From Mobula hypostoma (lineage: Eukaryota), in assembly GCF_963921235.1 (NCBI RefSeq), contig NC_086108.1, forward strand, positions 37,698,001 through 37,762,000: 64,000 nucleotides of DNA. The letters are read 5' to 3'. The notes below the pieces were generated by a model. That model was not told the origin of the DNA. It saw only the letters and a program-made list of their open reading frames with translations, and did no database searches. The position numbers were made by a program, and so were the translations under genes. Positions 38,773 to 52,419 of this stretch are shown here, piece after piece (the stretch's first letter is position 1; every line of letters begins with the position of its first letter).

Positions 38773-41766
38773 CATAGAATCATAATACAGCACACTACAG
38801 GCCCTTCAGCCCACAATGTTGTGCCGACCCTCAAACCCTGCCTCCCATATAACCCTTCACCTAAAATTCCTCCATATACCTGTCTAGTAGTCTCTTAAAC
38901 TTCACTAGTGTATCTGCCTCCACCACTGACTCAGGCAGTGCATTCCATGCACCAACCACTCTCTGAGTAAAAAACCTTCCTCTAATATCTCCCTTGAACT
39001 TCCCACCCCTTACGTTAAAGCCATGTCCTCTTGTATTGAGCAGTAGTGCCCTGGGGAAGAGGCACTGGCTATCCACTCTATCTATTCCTCTTATTATCTT
39101 GTACATCTCTATCATGTCTCCTCTCATCCTCCTTCTCTCCAAAGAGTAAAGCCCTAGATCCCTTAATCACTGATCATAATGCATACTCTCTAAACCAGGC
39201 AGCATCCTGGTAAATCTCCTCTGTACCCTTCCCAATGCTTCCACATCCTTCCTATAGTGAGGCAACCAGAACTGGACACAGTACTCCAAGTGTGGCCTAA
39301 CCAGAATTTTATAGAGCTGCATCATTACATCACGACTCTTAAACTCTATACCTTGACTTATGAAAGCTAACACCCCAGAAGCTTTCTTAACTACCCTATC
39401 TACCAGTGAGGCAACTATCAGGGATCTGTGGACATGTACCCCCAGATCCTTCTGCTCTTCCAACCTACCAAGTATCCTGCCATTTACTTTTTACTCTGCC
39501 TTGGAGTTTGCCCTTCGAAAGTGTACCACCTCACACTTCTCTGGGTTGAACTCCATCTGCCACTTCTCAGCCGACTTCTGCATCCTATCAATGTCGCTCT
39601 GCAATCTTCGACAATCCTCTACACTATCCACAACACCACTAACCTTTGCGTCATTTGCAAACTTGCCAACCCACCCTTCTACCCCCACATCCAGGTCGTT
39701 AATAAAAATCACGAAAAGTAGAGGTCCCAGAGCAGATCCTTGTGGGACACCACTAGTCACAATCCTCCACTCTTAATGTACTCCCTCCACCACGACCCTC
39801 TGCCTTCTGCAGGCAAGCCAATTCTGAATCCACCTGGCCAAACTTCCCTGGATCCCATGCCTTCTGACTTTCTGAATAAGCCTACCATGTGGAACCTTGT
39901 CAAATGCCTTACTAAAATCCATATAGATCACATCCACAGCACTACCCTCATCTATATGCCTGGTCACCTCCTCAAAGAACTCTATCAGGCTTGTTAGACA
40001 GGATCTGCCCTTCACAAAGCCATGCTGACTGTCCCTGATCAGACCATGATTCTCTAAATGCCCATAGATCCTACCTCTAAGAATCTTTTCCAACTGCTTT
40101 CCCACCACAGATGTAAGGGTCACTGGTCTATAATTACCTGGACTATCTCTACTACCTTTTTTGAACAAGGGGACAACATTCACCTCCCTCCAATCCTCTG
40201 GTACCATTCCCATGGACAACAAGGACATAAAGATCCTAGCCAGAGGCTCAGCAATCTCTTCTCTCACCTCGTGGAGCAACCTGGGGAATATTCTGTCAGG
40301 CCCCAGGGACTTATCCGTCCTAATGTATTTTAACAACTCCAACACCTCCTCTCCCTTAATATCAACGTGCTCCAGAACATCAACCTCACTCATATTGTCT
40401 TCACCTTCATCAAGTTCCCTCTCATTGGTGAATAACGAAGAGAAGTATTCCTTCGCTCACTTCCACAGCTTCCAGGCACATCTTCCCACCTTTATCTCTA
40501 ATCGGTCCCACCTTCACTCCTGTCATCCTTTTTTTCTTCACATAATTGAAGAATGCCTTGGGGTTTTCCTTTACCCTACTCACCAAGGCCTTCTCATGCC
40601 CCCTTCTTGCTCTTCTCAGCCCCTTCTTAAGCTCCATTCTTGCCTCCCTGTATTCCTCAATAGAGCCATCTGATCCTTGCTTCCTAAACCTCATGTATGT
40701 TGCCTTCTTCCACCTGACTAGATTTTCCACCTCACTTGTCACCCATAGTTCCTTCACCCTACTATTCTTTATCTTCCTCACCGGGACAAATTTATCCCTA
40801 ACATCCTGCAAGAGATCTCTAAACATCGACCACATGTCCATAGTACATTTCCCTGCAAAAACATCATCCCAATTTTCACCCACAAGTTCTAGCCTTATAG
40901 CCTCATAATTTGCCCTTCCCCAATTAAAAATTTTCCTGTCCCCTCTGATTCTATCCTTTTCCATGATAATGTTAAAGGCCAGGGAGCGGTGGTCACTGTC
41001 CCCCAGATGCTCACCCACTGAGAGATCTGTGACCTGACCCGGTTCATTACCTAGTACTAGATCTAGTATGGTATTTCCCCCTAGTCGGCCTGTCCACATA
41101 TTGTGACAGGAATCCGTCCTGGACACACTTAACAAACTCTGCCCCGTCTAAACCATTGGAACTACTCAGGTGCCAATCAATATTAGGGAAGTTAAAGTCA
41201 CTCATGATAACAACCCTGTTATTTTTGCATCTTTCCAAAATATGCCTCCCAATCTGCTCCTCTGTATCTCTGCTGCTACCTGGGGGCCTATAGAATACCC
41301 CCAATAGAGTAACTGCTCCCTTTCTGTTCCTGACTTCCACCCATACTGGCTCAAAAGAGGATCCTGCTACATTATCCACTCTTTTTGTAGCTGTAATAAT
41401 ATCCCTGACCAGTAATGCCACCCCTCCTCCCTTTCCCCCCCTCTCTATCCGTTTTAAAGCACTGAAATCCAGGAATATCGAGAATCCATTCCTGCCCTGG
41501 TGCCAGTCAAGTCTCTGTAATGGCCACTGCATCATAATTCCATGTATGTATCCAAGCTCTCAGTTCACCACCTTTGTTCCTGATGCTTCTTGCATTGAGG
41601 TACACACATTTCAGCCCTTCTACCTTACTACCTTTACACCGTTTATTCTGCTTCTCTTTCCTCAACGCCTCTCTATATGTTAGATCTGGCTTTACTCCAT
41701 GCACTTCTTTCACTACTCTATCGCTCCGGGTCCCATCCCCCTTGCAAATTAGTTTAAACTCTCCCG
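38773..41766 (-). mobile_element. CR1 LINE, most of ORF2 (APE plus RT), disrupted
   Basis: CVYLNARSIRNK, AITET, GGGVALLV, SDFNFP, ILDLVL, SDH, YMDFSKAFDKVPH, SGVPQGSALGP; catalytic motif mutated to FANDAK; several frameshifts. Confidence 0.95.
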
Positions 41767-41769
41767 AAT

Positions 41770-42340
41770 GAGGGTCTTGCAGAAGGTCATAATGGATACC
41801 ATGGTCTGTTTTTCTGAGCAGGTGGTCAAAACCTTTTGCAGAATGCCCCATCACCAGATGTCACCTAGAAGCACGAACACGTACTTGAGGGGCAGTCCAC
41901 CTCAGATCTTTCCAGCATGGTAGAGCCATGCTGCCCTCAGGATGACTGAGAAGAGGATGAGACAATCATCCACTTCTTTGTAGACTGCATATTAACGAAG
42001 GAGTTCTGCGAAAGGATGCCAGAGTCCTTGTCAAGGTGTGCCCTAAGCTGCTGCATAGCAGGTGACTCTCTGATCGATGAGCTATTTCCAGGAGTGCATA
42101 CTAAGACAAACATCAAACACTGCTGGAAGATCATTAACTTGATGAAAGATACACTTTGGTCTGACCAAACTCATTAGTCTTGCAATAAGTCCTTAAGGAA
42201 TGTTGCCGACTGGAAAACTCCAGAAAAGACTGTAATGAGGTCCTGCTGCCAGTCCATACTGAGGGTCTGGGCCAGTTCAACAGCCTCACAGATTTAAGGG
42301 TATATTGTTCGAAGAGGCCACATGTGTCATTATGTATATG
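41770..42340 (+). mobile_element. L1/Tx1-like ORF2 C-terminal fragment; its 3' tail probably resumes at ~43830-43960
   Basis: ETIIHFFVDC...ELFPGVHTKTNIKHCWKIINLMKDTLWS; AATAAA/A-rich tail near 43930-43957. Confidence 0.65.
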
Positions 42341-42479
42341 TCAAAATATATTAACCACTGGCAAGCACATTGTGGGAGCAAGATTTGATAAAAGTGAAAG
42401 GGGCCGATTGGAACATTCTGCGCACCTGAGATTGAGGTAATTAGGCATTTTGCAAGCACCAATAAAAGGAAGAGCAGCT

Positions 42480-43825
42480 ATTGTGGAAGTACCCACTTTA
42501 GAGTAAAGGCTTTGAGTCAGAGGCTTCAAACGAGGGTGAAGGCTAACAGGTTTTTGTTAAGCTTATTTTTTTCTTTGTCTATTAGTTCCTAACTCATGTA
42601 GTGAGAACGTGTCTAGGGTCAATGTTGTGTTCTTCATGTCAGATGTAGGAATTCTGGGAGACCTCCAGTCTCCCTGGTAACTACATCTGCATGAGTTGCA
42701 TCCAGCTGCAACTCCTTGCAGATCTTTTTTTTAATTTCAAAATATACTTTATTCAAAAATAAAATTATATACAATAAACCATTCAATGACTCTCAATCCT
42801 TTACATAACGTTTCCCTTGTGGTCTCTATGTATCCATACTCCTTGCAGATCATGTCAAGAAACTTGAGCTGCAGCAGTATGAACTACGACTCATATGTGG
42901 AAGTGATAGATAAGATATGAAGAGCATTTGTCACCCTTAAGCTTTAGGAGGCAGCTAGCTGGGTGAATGTCAGGAGGGAAAAATTGAAAAGGCAGACAGT
43001 GGACAGTAAACCACCCCTCCCCCCCCCCAACACACACACGCACGTTTGTTTCCCTCAGTAACAAGTATAATGGTTTGGATACTGTTTGGGCGGGGGAGAG
43101 GATGATATACCAGGCGAAAGCTGCAGTGACCAAGGTCTCTGGCACTGAGTCTGGCTGTGTGACTCAGAAGGAGAGTAGAAAGGAATGCAGCGGTGACAGG
43201 AGAGTCCATAGTTAAAGGAGCAGGCAGAAGATTGGTAGATGTGAATGAGATACCTGAATAGTATGTTGTTTCCTAGCTGCCAGGTTAAGGATCATCTCAC
43301 ATCAGATCCACAGCACTCTAAAGTGGGAGGGTGAACAGCCAGAAGTCATGGCACATATTAGTGCCAATGACACAGGTAGGGAAAAGGATGAGGTCCTGAA
43401 AAGAGAATATAGGCAGCTAGGTAGGAAGTTGAAAGGCAGGACCTCAAGAGTAGTAATTTCTGGATTGCTGTCTGGGCCACACACCAGTGTGATAGGTTTT
43501 ACGAACAGTTGAAGAGGCATCAACTCGTTAGGAATAGTCAGTATGGCTTTCTGAGGGTAGGTCATGCTTTAGGAGCGTGACAGAATTCTTTGAAAATGTG
43601 ACAAAGCACAATTGATGAAGGTAGAGCTGAGGATGTGGAATACAGTGGATTTTAGTGAGGTGTTTGATAAGGCTCCCATAGTAGTCTCAAGCAGAAAGGA
43701 GGCATAGGATCCAGGGATACCTAGCTGTGTGGATACAGATTCTGCTTGTCCACAGAAGGCAGTGAGTGAATTCTGCTTAGAGGTTGGTGACTGAAGGACC
43801 AGTTCTGTGCTGTAATGTTTTATGA
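42480..43825 (+). mobile_element. CR1 LINE 5' region (ORF1 zinc finger plus esterase) joined to an RT fragment
   Basis: CSSCQM..YICMSCIQLQLL; EQPEVMAHISANDTG; RVVISGLL; RT remnant at 43520-43790. Confidence 0.8.
42725..42837 (-). mobile_element. 113-bp polyA-tailed retroposed insertion (L1/Tx1-type 3' end)
   Basis: 14-bp TSD ACTCCTTGCAGATC (42711-42724, 42838-42851); T-run then TTTATT on the plus strand. Confidence 0.85.
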
Positions 43826-44129
43826 TGAAAGACTATATGTGACAACTTGATAACATTATAAATGTATAGACTTGATGGCATTATAAATGCAAAGAGAGCT
43901 TGTTCTGTTGTATTTGTATATATTTTTGTGAATAAAATTTATTTTTGAGAATAAAAAGGAAACGAAGTAGACATTAAAAGGTCTTTTTCATCTGGCCAAC
44001 TGCTCCAAGAAAATGGCTATTAGGGGAAGGCCAAATGGTGGTCAGTGATGAGCCATTTTGGCTATTCCCAAATGACAAACATGCTGCCAGTGAAAAAATA
44101 GGATGTAACAAATCTATTTTAGTGTCAGA

Positions 44130-45630
44130 GTTAGACAGGATGTAAGAAGGCCTTCTGGCCCAACTTCCCATGCCAACCAAGCTGTCTTCTTGCACTGGCC
44201 CCATTTGCTTTCACTTAGCCAATAACTTTCAAAACGTTTTGAGCTCACCGTACACCCCATTATCACCCTGAGCCTTATTGTCTCCCCAGACAGCACTTTC
44301 TCTATAACTGTTGTAATGAAATGATCTATATGAAGGGTATACAAGATGAATTTTTCATTGTACCTCAGTGTCTGGGACAATAATAATAAACCAATTGCAA
44401 CCAACTATATACTGATCCAAATGCTGGAAACTGTACCAGCCACAACCATTTCCTTTGGAATTCTCATTCCATGTACCTACCACTCTCTGTGTGAGGGAGG
44501 AAAAAACCTTGTCTCTCAGGTCCCCTTTAAAGCCTTCCCTTCTCATCTTAAAATTCTGACCTCTAGTTTTAAACTCCATGACCACGGAGAAACAAGACTG
44601 TGACAATCTATTATATTTATGCCCTTCATAATTTTATAAATCTCTAAGATTACTCCTCAGCCGCCTTCACTCCTATCCCAAACAATAAAATTTCTCCTTC
44701 AGTCCCAGCAACACCTTTTTTACACCTTCTCTAATTTCATCACTTCTTTCCCAAGTATAGAAACCAGAACAGTACAATATATTCTAGGTGCAGCCTCACA
44801 TCATCTTGCTGATGATATGAGACTAAGTGGAAAATGAACTGTGAGGAGAGAGCAAACAGCTTGCCAAAGAACCTAGACTGGTTGTGAGTAGGCAGGAAGC
44901 TGCAAATGGAGATCATTGTGAGTCTGTAGACTTTGATAGTAAGAATAAAATGTAGATTTTGTTCCCCCGTAAGATGAGAAACGCAATAGTTCGCATACAG
45001 AGGGTTTACTGCCCTGGTTTGCAACATGCAGTGGAAAACAAAGGTAAAATGAGCAAAGTAAAGTAAGGCAAATATTGTCTGGTTTTTAGAGCAAAGAGAA
45101 TGGATTAAAAGCGTTAAGTGAATCTTATTGAAATAGTAAAGGGATCAGTAAGGACACATTTGACTAATACATGTAGCTTTGACTTCTATACTGGAATAGG
45201 ATATACCAGCTTTGGAGTCACTCCAAAATAGTCTGACAGGATAGATTCCACAAAATGTTCTGTCAAGGTCACTTGGCCATAATTCACTGTTTAAAAGACT
45301 AACAAGTAACCTAGTTTTGAGATGCAAGATTCTGAGAGAGACTTAAAGGTTTAATGACAAAAATCTTTCTTCTGGCCAAAGAGCCTTACATTTGAGGACC
45401 TATTCTCTAGCCAAAGGTTTGGCCATTTAGGATTGAGAAGAGGTGAAATTTATTTAAGAAGATGGTTACAAACATTTTGAATTGTCTATGTTAGAACATA
45501 TTAAAGATAAATGGTTTGGGGAGATGGGGATTAAGCAGGAAAAGAGATCATCTACCATCTAAGTGAATGGTGGTAGAGCAGATTCATTGATCTGTAATGC
45601 ATACTCCTGCTTCTATTTCTTATAGTATGA
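44130..45630. mobile_element. Old CR1 3' fragments in both orientations
   Basis: KTRGQNFKMR...TQRVVGTWN on the minus strand (44400-44800); degenerate plus-strand CR1 3' end ending actcctgcttctatttcttat. Confidence 0.6.
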
Positions 45631-46494
45631 ACACTGAAGATGTCTGTTATGGTACCTTAACTAATTAGAAAATGTCAATTATGTTATAAAATACTATGCA
45701 TTTGACTGTGCAATATTTTTGTGGGCTTTGGTCAGACTCGTATAATATTCAACTGTTTTTCACACTTTGAATTAAGTTGAGGATGGTGAGGATCCTGGAG
45801 ACTGGTTGTGAGATTCCTGTATTACTTAAAACTAACCTCCCTAAACCTTTAGAGAAGATGTATTGGGACATAAAAACAGGGAAGAAATACATTTAAATTA
45901 AATGCTGCACATAAATCTTGAGGCACTAACCTCTGCTTCATGCTGTTGAATGAAATTAAATTTTATACTAAGCTGTCATGGACTTCACTTAGTTTTATTA
46001 ATGCTGCAAACAACAGATAAAATCCTGCCACAGTACTGAGGAAAGTAATTGTTGCAGTATATTGCATTAAAAATTTCAATATCATTTAAAATTGTATTAG
46101 TAAAATATAACAGAATACAAAATATAATTGATTGACATATCTTTCTTCCCATCTTTTTAGCACTGAAGTAAAATTTGATTGATTACAAGCTGTAGGGGTA
46201 TAATGTTGGTAAAAAGTTACTGCAGAATGGTTCATTGCAAAACCTTAGTAACTGAATTCTTTCATTAAATTCCAGTAGTACATTCATCGTCAAATATTGT
46301 ATACAAATAATTTTAAGTACGTTTTACAACACAAATTCCAAGGACCTGTGGCACATTAGGTTTCAACTTTGACATTCCCAGTGGATATAATTCCTTGTTT
46401 ATCTGTAGCTTTCTTTATTTAAAAGACAAGGTGCTTAATTACACCGAAGAAGTAATTCCCAATTCTCCTTTTTGATTAAATTTCAAGTTTAACC

Positions 46495-47390
46495 AAACAC
46501 TGTTGCTGGCCGAATCAAAGATGGTGAAGAATCAGCATTTAGCTGGGAAATTAAGAATTTGGCTCAACAGTGTCACAACAACAATCTCTCACTAAATGTC
46601 AGCAAAATCAAAGAACTGACTATTGACTACAGGAGGAGGAAACCAGAGGTCTATGAGCCAGTCCTCAGTAAGGGATCAGAGGTGGAGAAAGTCAGCAACT
46701 TTAAATTTCTTGGCATTACCACTTCAGATGACCTGTCCTGGTTCAAGCATGTGACTGCCATAACAAAGGAGGACCAGCAGCACTTCTGCTTTCTTAGAAG
46801 TTTGCACAGATTCAGTATGTTGTCCAGAACCTTGACAAACTTCTATAGGTGTGCAGTGGCGAGTATACTGACTGGTTGTATCATGGTCTGGCACGGGAGC
46901 AAAACCCCTCCCTGCCATAGAGCACTTACAAGGAGCGCTGTCGCAGGAAAGCTGCATCTATCATCGAGGAATCCTCCATTCAGACCATGCTGTCTTCTTG
47001 CTGCTACCATCAGGAAGGGTGTACAGGAGCTTTGAGTCCCACACCACCAGGTTCAAGAACAGTTATTCTCCTTCAACCATCATGCTCTTGAACCAGAGGG
47101 GATAACTTCAATCACCCTAATACTGAAATGATTCTACAACCGATCGACTCACTTTTAAAGACCCTACAGCCTGTTTTCTTAATATTTATTTATAATTCTG
47201 TTTCTTTTTATATTTACACAGTTTGTTGTCTTTTGCACATTGGTTGTTTGTCCATCTCTGCCATGTGTGGTTTTTCATTGATGTATTGTGTTCTGTTATG
47301 CTTAATATGAATGCCCACAAGAAAATGAATCTCAAGGAAGTATATGGTGATATATATGTACTTTGACAATAAATATTCTTTGAACATAAG
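46495..47390 (+). mobile_element. Rex1/Babar-like LINE 3' part
   Basis: ORF 46559..47035 (NNLSLNVSKIKEL..FKFLGIT..FYRCAVASILTGCIMVW); 3' UTR homologous to 4300-4560. Confidence 0.82.
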
Positions 47391-47544
47391 TCTTTGAATG
47401 AAGAAGCTTATTTTCATGCTTTCATAAAAGGTTACTGAAACAGGACTTATCTTTAGCACATGTAAATACAAACCTTGGCCAATACTTTCAAAGATTCAGG
47501 GTGTAAATCCACCTCTGCATACTTAACAAGCTGTGACTTGCATA

Positions 47545-47619
47545 GAAGAAGAAGAAGAAGAAGAAGAAGAAGAAGAAGAAGAAGAAGAAGAAGAAGAAGA
47601 AGAAGAAGAAGAAGAAGAA
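47545..47619. repeat. (GAA)25 microsatellite forming the SINE tail
   Basis: 75 nt of uninterrupted GAA. Confidence 0.97.
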
Positions 47620-47818
47620 AGCCCTTAACTCCAATTGGAGTCATCAGGACGCCATCATGACGGCGTTTTTTTAGCAAGCTTTTGTACTTTTACGAGGCTG
47701 ATTTGCTAGCTCAACACTCAACCTAGCACGGATGGAAAGCGTGCAAGGGAGCCAGCTGGATGCGAACCCGGGAGCCTTCACTCCGTAGTCCGGTGCTGAT
47801 GCCACTACGCCACCAGCC
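47545..47818 (-). mobile_element. tRNA-derived SINE with (TTC)n tail
   Basis: Minus-strand head GGCTGGTGGCGTAGTGG (A box) and GGTTCGCATCC (B box); flanking imperfect TSD agc(t)tgtgacttgYat. Confidence 0.85.
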
Positions 47819-48159
47819 AGCTTGTGACTTGTATGGTCAGGGCAAAATTATGTCTTCTGGCATTCTGCAGGACTAGCTCCAATTGATTTTTCTGGGTTTG
47901 GCAGGAAGATAAGTATTAGGGATGAAAAACAGGGAATCCTCCGTGGACTGTGAGTGGATGCATGGTAATACTCTGCCCCAAATGGAATAGGTTAACCCTA
48001 GTAGTGCTCCTCTCTTCCAGCTGGCTTTTCATGTAAACAGGCTCATACATTACATGAACATTTCACTTTATTGGGATAATATTCGTGGGCACTGAACTGG
48101 TTGCTCTCTCTCAGACAGCTAGCAAATGCATATTGAGTTATGTGATTTCCATTTGTGTG

Positions 48160-48485
48160 GTGTGCTGGCCAAATGGTCAGACTATTGGAGTAGAGTTTGG
48201 AGCACTAATCCAGAGTTAAAACTGTGAATCATGGCAGATTGGAAATTTGAAATCAATTGAATAAACCTGTCACTATGTAATTACAGGTTGTCTCAGTCTC
48301 AGTAACCAAAAACTGCTGAATTGCTGGAAAAAAACCAGCTAGATCACTATCATCCCCCAGGGGATGAAATACACTATCCTTACCTGACCCAAGTATAACT
48401 GAAACCTCTCTTCTCATTCAACTCAAAGACAATAAAGAATGTCTAATAAATGACGACATTCATGTTGTGTGAATGAATAAATAAT
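48160..48485 (+). mobile_element. Ancient SINE-like repeat; a related inverted fragment lies at ~61700-61860
   Basis: Ends in a tgaatgaataaa tail; weak mutual similarity of the two loci. Confidence 0.4.
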
Positions 48486-50383
48486 AAAATAGTAGTTCTA
48501 TGGTTTCATAAAGTCAAGTCTGTTCCTCTGACTAAAATGCCCTCCTCCTGGATGTCAGGAAGATTCTTATGGGAATATTTGATGTGGTCTGTAATCTCCA
48601 AACATAAAATCCTCTATCAGTTATCATTCCTACATCAATGAATGTCTAAACTGAAGAGGCCAACCAGGTAAAGCAATTCCAATGAGATATCTTGGAGTTA
48701 TAATAGAATCTCAGAGAAAGTTAGGTGATAATATTTAGTCAGTGGGAATATAGATTAATAAGGTAACACAATCTAGCATGAATCTGATTTTTCAGAACAA
48801 ATGGATAATTTCAGAAAAATGCTCAGATATTGCAATGGTGCATTGGATATGTTGACAAACACAATCAGCAGGCAAATGCTAAGCAATGTAAAATTAGCTA
48901 TTAGCTCATTCAAAATTCGCTTAGCAACAGTGAAGATGTCTACTAGGACATATTGTTGCTTAGTTACCACATAGAGTTTACCACCAATTGCTTTTGAACA
49001 CTCTTTCTTACAAAATTAGACCTGCAAAAAGTTATGTTTGATAACTGCCCAGACATTAATGTAAAACATTTAATAAAAGGAACAAGATTTGCTTATAGGT
49101 TCTTTAATTTAAAGAACAAGACTGAGTGAGCAAGTCAATGGTTTCCACAGCAATCTTTAAGAATTGAAAAAAGTAACAGGGAAGGTGAGATAAACTATGA
49201 AGAGTTGATTAGATTAGACCAACAATTTTATAATTTGAAGGGAAGATTTTTGTTTCATGTACTATATGTTCCAATTTTATTTTGGAAAATAACCACAGCC
49301 TGTAATGTTCCATTCATAACATGGGAGGATATCCATTCTTCAATTCCTGAATTGGCCCAGAAGAAGGAGAGACTTAATAAAGAGCTTTCTACAGCTGTGC
49401 TAGTCTATAACAAATATCATTGATTAGGATTTTGAAGTGTGCCTTGATTTCAACACTATATAGATGAAGGAGAAAGAAATTTTTGAGGCTCATCAATCAG
49501 GAATGACCAAACTGAGATACAAAAATATTGTATTGAGAGGATAGCAACTATGTTCTATTTTCTGCAAAAGTCTAAAAGATTTCCAGATGAAAATAGTGAA
49601 CACATTTTTGATAAACTGGAGATCTGGAGAGATTTAGGGGAGAAGTAAAACTGGAATAAAAGTGAAACTGCTTTAAAGGACAAGCTTTAGGATTAAAAGA
49701 AATGTGAAAGGTTCATTTGAAATTATAAAAGATGCAATGACTAAGATTGACTGTAGGTGAAGACTTGTTCAAAGGTAAAGGCTATATTGTTCCCATCAGC
49801 CTGCTAATATCAGGACATCCAGTATCATGCTTCTCTTCTGCAGAAATAATTAGACACACTTTTGTAACATCTTCAGTTTTTGATCACTCCAGTGCTCTCT
49901 TTGCTATTTGATATCTTGCATTCCTTGAACACTGCCAGGCATTTTCTTTAGTAGTAAAACCAAATGTTTGTCATCTTTGTTTTTGCTGAACTATGCTGGG
50001 TAGTTCACTTGAATAAGTTCAAAATCTTGCCCTCACTTTATAACTTCCATTAAGTTAATCTCACTTCTATTTTTTCTGTATATCCTCTAGCCTTTGCACA
50101 TTCAATGCTTCTTCTGACTTGGGTCTCTTATACATTTCACCCATTTTTATTCAGTCAACAGTATCTGCAAAACTTAGAGAATCCAAACTTCACTTACTTC
50201 TCTGGAATTCTCTTTCTAACCCAGAAGCCCTGCTCAAAACCCAATTTTTTAACTAATCTATTGATCACCTTTCAAACAAGCTCTCAATTCTCGCTTAATA
50301 TTGTTGATCAAGTTGAAATCATTTGCAGGTATCTGGAAACACTGCTTCTGCTTGATATTGAGATCCAAATTAATTGTATATAG

Positions 50384-51599
50384 CAGCGATCCCCAACCAC
50401 TGGGCCGCGGACTGGTACCGGGCCGCAAAGCGTGTGCCACCGGGCCGCGAGGAACGACATGAGTCAGCTGCACCTTTCTTCATTCCCTGTCACGCCCACT
50501 GTTCAGCCATTACGCATGCAAGGTCGTTACCCGCGCATCATCCGTGTCAGCGCGAGAAGGAGATCAACTCCTTGAGCTTGCAAATGATGGCGGACTGAAA
50601 AGTATGTTTGACATAACATCTCTGCCGGCATTCTGGATCAAAGTCAAGGCTAAATATCCTGAGATAGCCACGAAAGCACTAAAAACGTTGCTTCCATTTC
50701 CAACAAATTTCTGCGAAGCGGAGTTTTCTGCAATGAATGCAATGAAAACTAAATTGCGGAATAGACTGGACATAAGGAACCCCCTTCGAGTGTCGCTGTC
50801 TCTAATCAACCCTCGATAGGACCGTGTTGTGCCAGAAAACAAGCCCAGGGCTCCCACTGATTCAACGATATTGATGTGCTGCAATGATTTTATATGTTCA
50901 TACGGGGAAAATATGTGCTGTGTGTTTAATATCCAAACGTTACTTAAAATGTTATGATTCTATTGACTTACTTACATAACCATATAACAATTACAGCACG
51001 GAAACAGGCCATTCCGGCCCTTCTAGTCCGTGCCGAACGCTACTCTCACCTAGTCCCACCGACCTGCATTCAGCCCATAACCCTCTATTCCTTTCCTGTC
51101 CATATACCGATCCAATTTTTCTTTAAATGATAATATAAAACCTGTCTCTACCACTTCTACTGGAAGTTCGTTCAACACTTACTTCCAGCTCCCCTGTCCT
51201 ACCCTGATAATTGACTTCTCACTATATTCATGCAAGGAAAGTATGTGCTATGTGTTTAATATTAAATTCGTTAGATAAACCCTTTCAGAAACGAAATTGA
51301 GTGCATTATCCACTTATCACCGATATTCCGGTCGTGATTAACATCAACCCCCCCCCCCCCAAACAGAATCGCCAAAAATGATTTGCAGGGAAATAAATCG
51401 GCAGGTACACGCATGTGCACTGGTGCCCGCGCAAGGCTTCATGGTCATTGTAGTCTTTCTCTGGGTAAACACAATGTATTTGACTGCTACTCTTGTCCGT
51501 TAGCAACCCTATCCACTGCTCCCACCCCCGGTCGGCTGGTCCGCAAGAAAATTGTCAATATTAAACTGGTCCGCAGTGCAAAAAAGGTTGGGGACCCCG
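50384..51599 (+). mobile_element. Non-autonomous Charlie/Buster-like hAT transposon, copy 2
   Basis: TIRs CAGCGATCCCCAACC / GGTTGGGGACCCCG; perfect TSD GTATATAG (50376-50383, 51600-51607); ORF 50544..50819 encodes a hAT dimerisation domain; colinear with 24475-25666. Confidence 0.95.
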
Positions 51600-51732
51600 G
51601 TATATAGAAACTGGCACTAAGCAAAGGAAAATCTTGGCTTAGAGAAATTCTAAGCAGAGTTAAATTACAAATAAGACATGCACTGTTATTCTGTTTAACA
51701 ATTCATGCTCTGGAATTTGCAACAGAACTTAC

Positions 51733-51816
51733 AGCACAGAGAAACCCAGAACCTGGTGTGGTATCCAGTCCTAGAAGCAACCTTGTGATAGAAATCATGT
51801 AGTCCTTCACAAATGA
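51733..51816 (-). CDS. KCNT2: KCNT2 internal coding exon, 84 nt, phase 0/0: [28 protein letters not shown]
   Basis: Acceptor ttttcattgcag, donor gtaagt. MISIT and GFLC are KCNT2-type (KCNT1 has MITIT, GYLC). Joins in frame to both flanking exons. Confidence 0.96.
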
Positions 51817-52419
51817 CTGCAATGAAAATAAAAATGGCCAAAAATAAAACAATTAAAATTAAATATATAATGTAACATTTACCACAGTGAAAGATTTTTT
51901 CTGAAGACAAAAACATTTAAAACAACTCTCAAATATAGAATAGCTATAGCACAAGAGGTAGCCTTACAGTCCATGGAAGTGATTCCTACTCTATGTTAGA
52001 AAGGACCACATTCTAACAGCATCTCCCCTTGGCCCTGCAATATTTTCCCCCTTTTGAATATTTAATAGCTTCTTTCAGAAAGCTGCAATTAAAACCTGAA
52101 CTGTTGCTAAGAAACTATTCCAGGTCACCAGAATAATTGATAAAGAAGTATTTCCTTCTGCACTTTGTCTCTGTAACTACTGCATCTGTATTTGTTAATT
52201 ATTTTAAATCTCTTTATTATATTCTTCTTAATCTTCACGAGTGAAAGAACAGTCTAGCTTCAACAGTCTGTCCACATAACTGAAGTCTTTCATTCTGGGA
52301 ACAATGGTAGTAAATCCTAAACTTTGACATCTGATCTGAAGTACGGCACTAGAACCTGGCACAATAATCCATTTGTGGCCTAAACAGGGTTTTATAAAGG
52401 GTTCATTATGATTTCCCAG

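Noticed and set aside
38773..41766. Active CR1 element
   Set aside because: Frameshifts, a FADD>FAND catalytic change and 5' truncation.
47453..47677. Poly-Leu and poly-Arg ORFs
   Set aside because: Translations of the (GAA)25 SINE tail.
47745..47818. tRNA gene
   Set aside because: The tRNA-like head continues into a SINE body with tail and TSD; no convincing acceptor stem.
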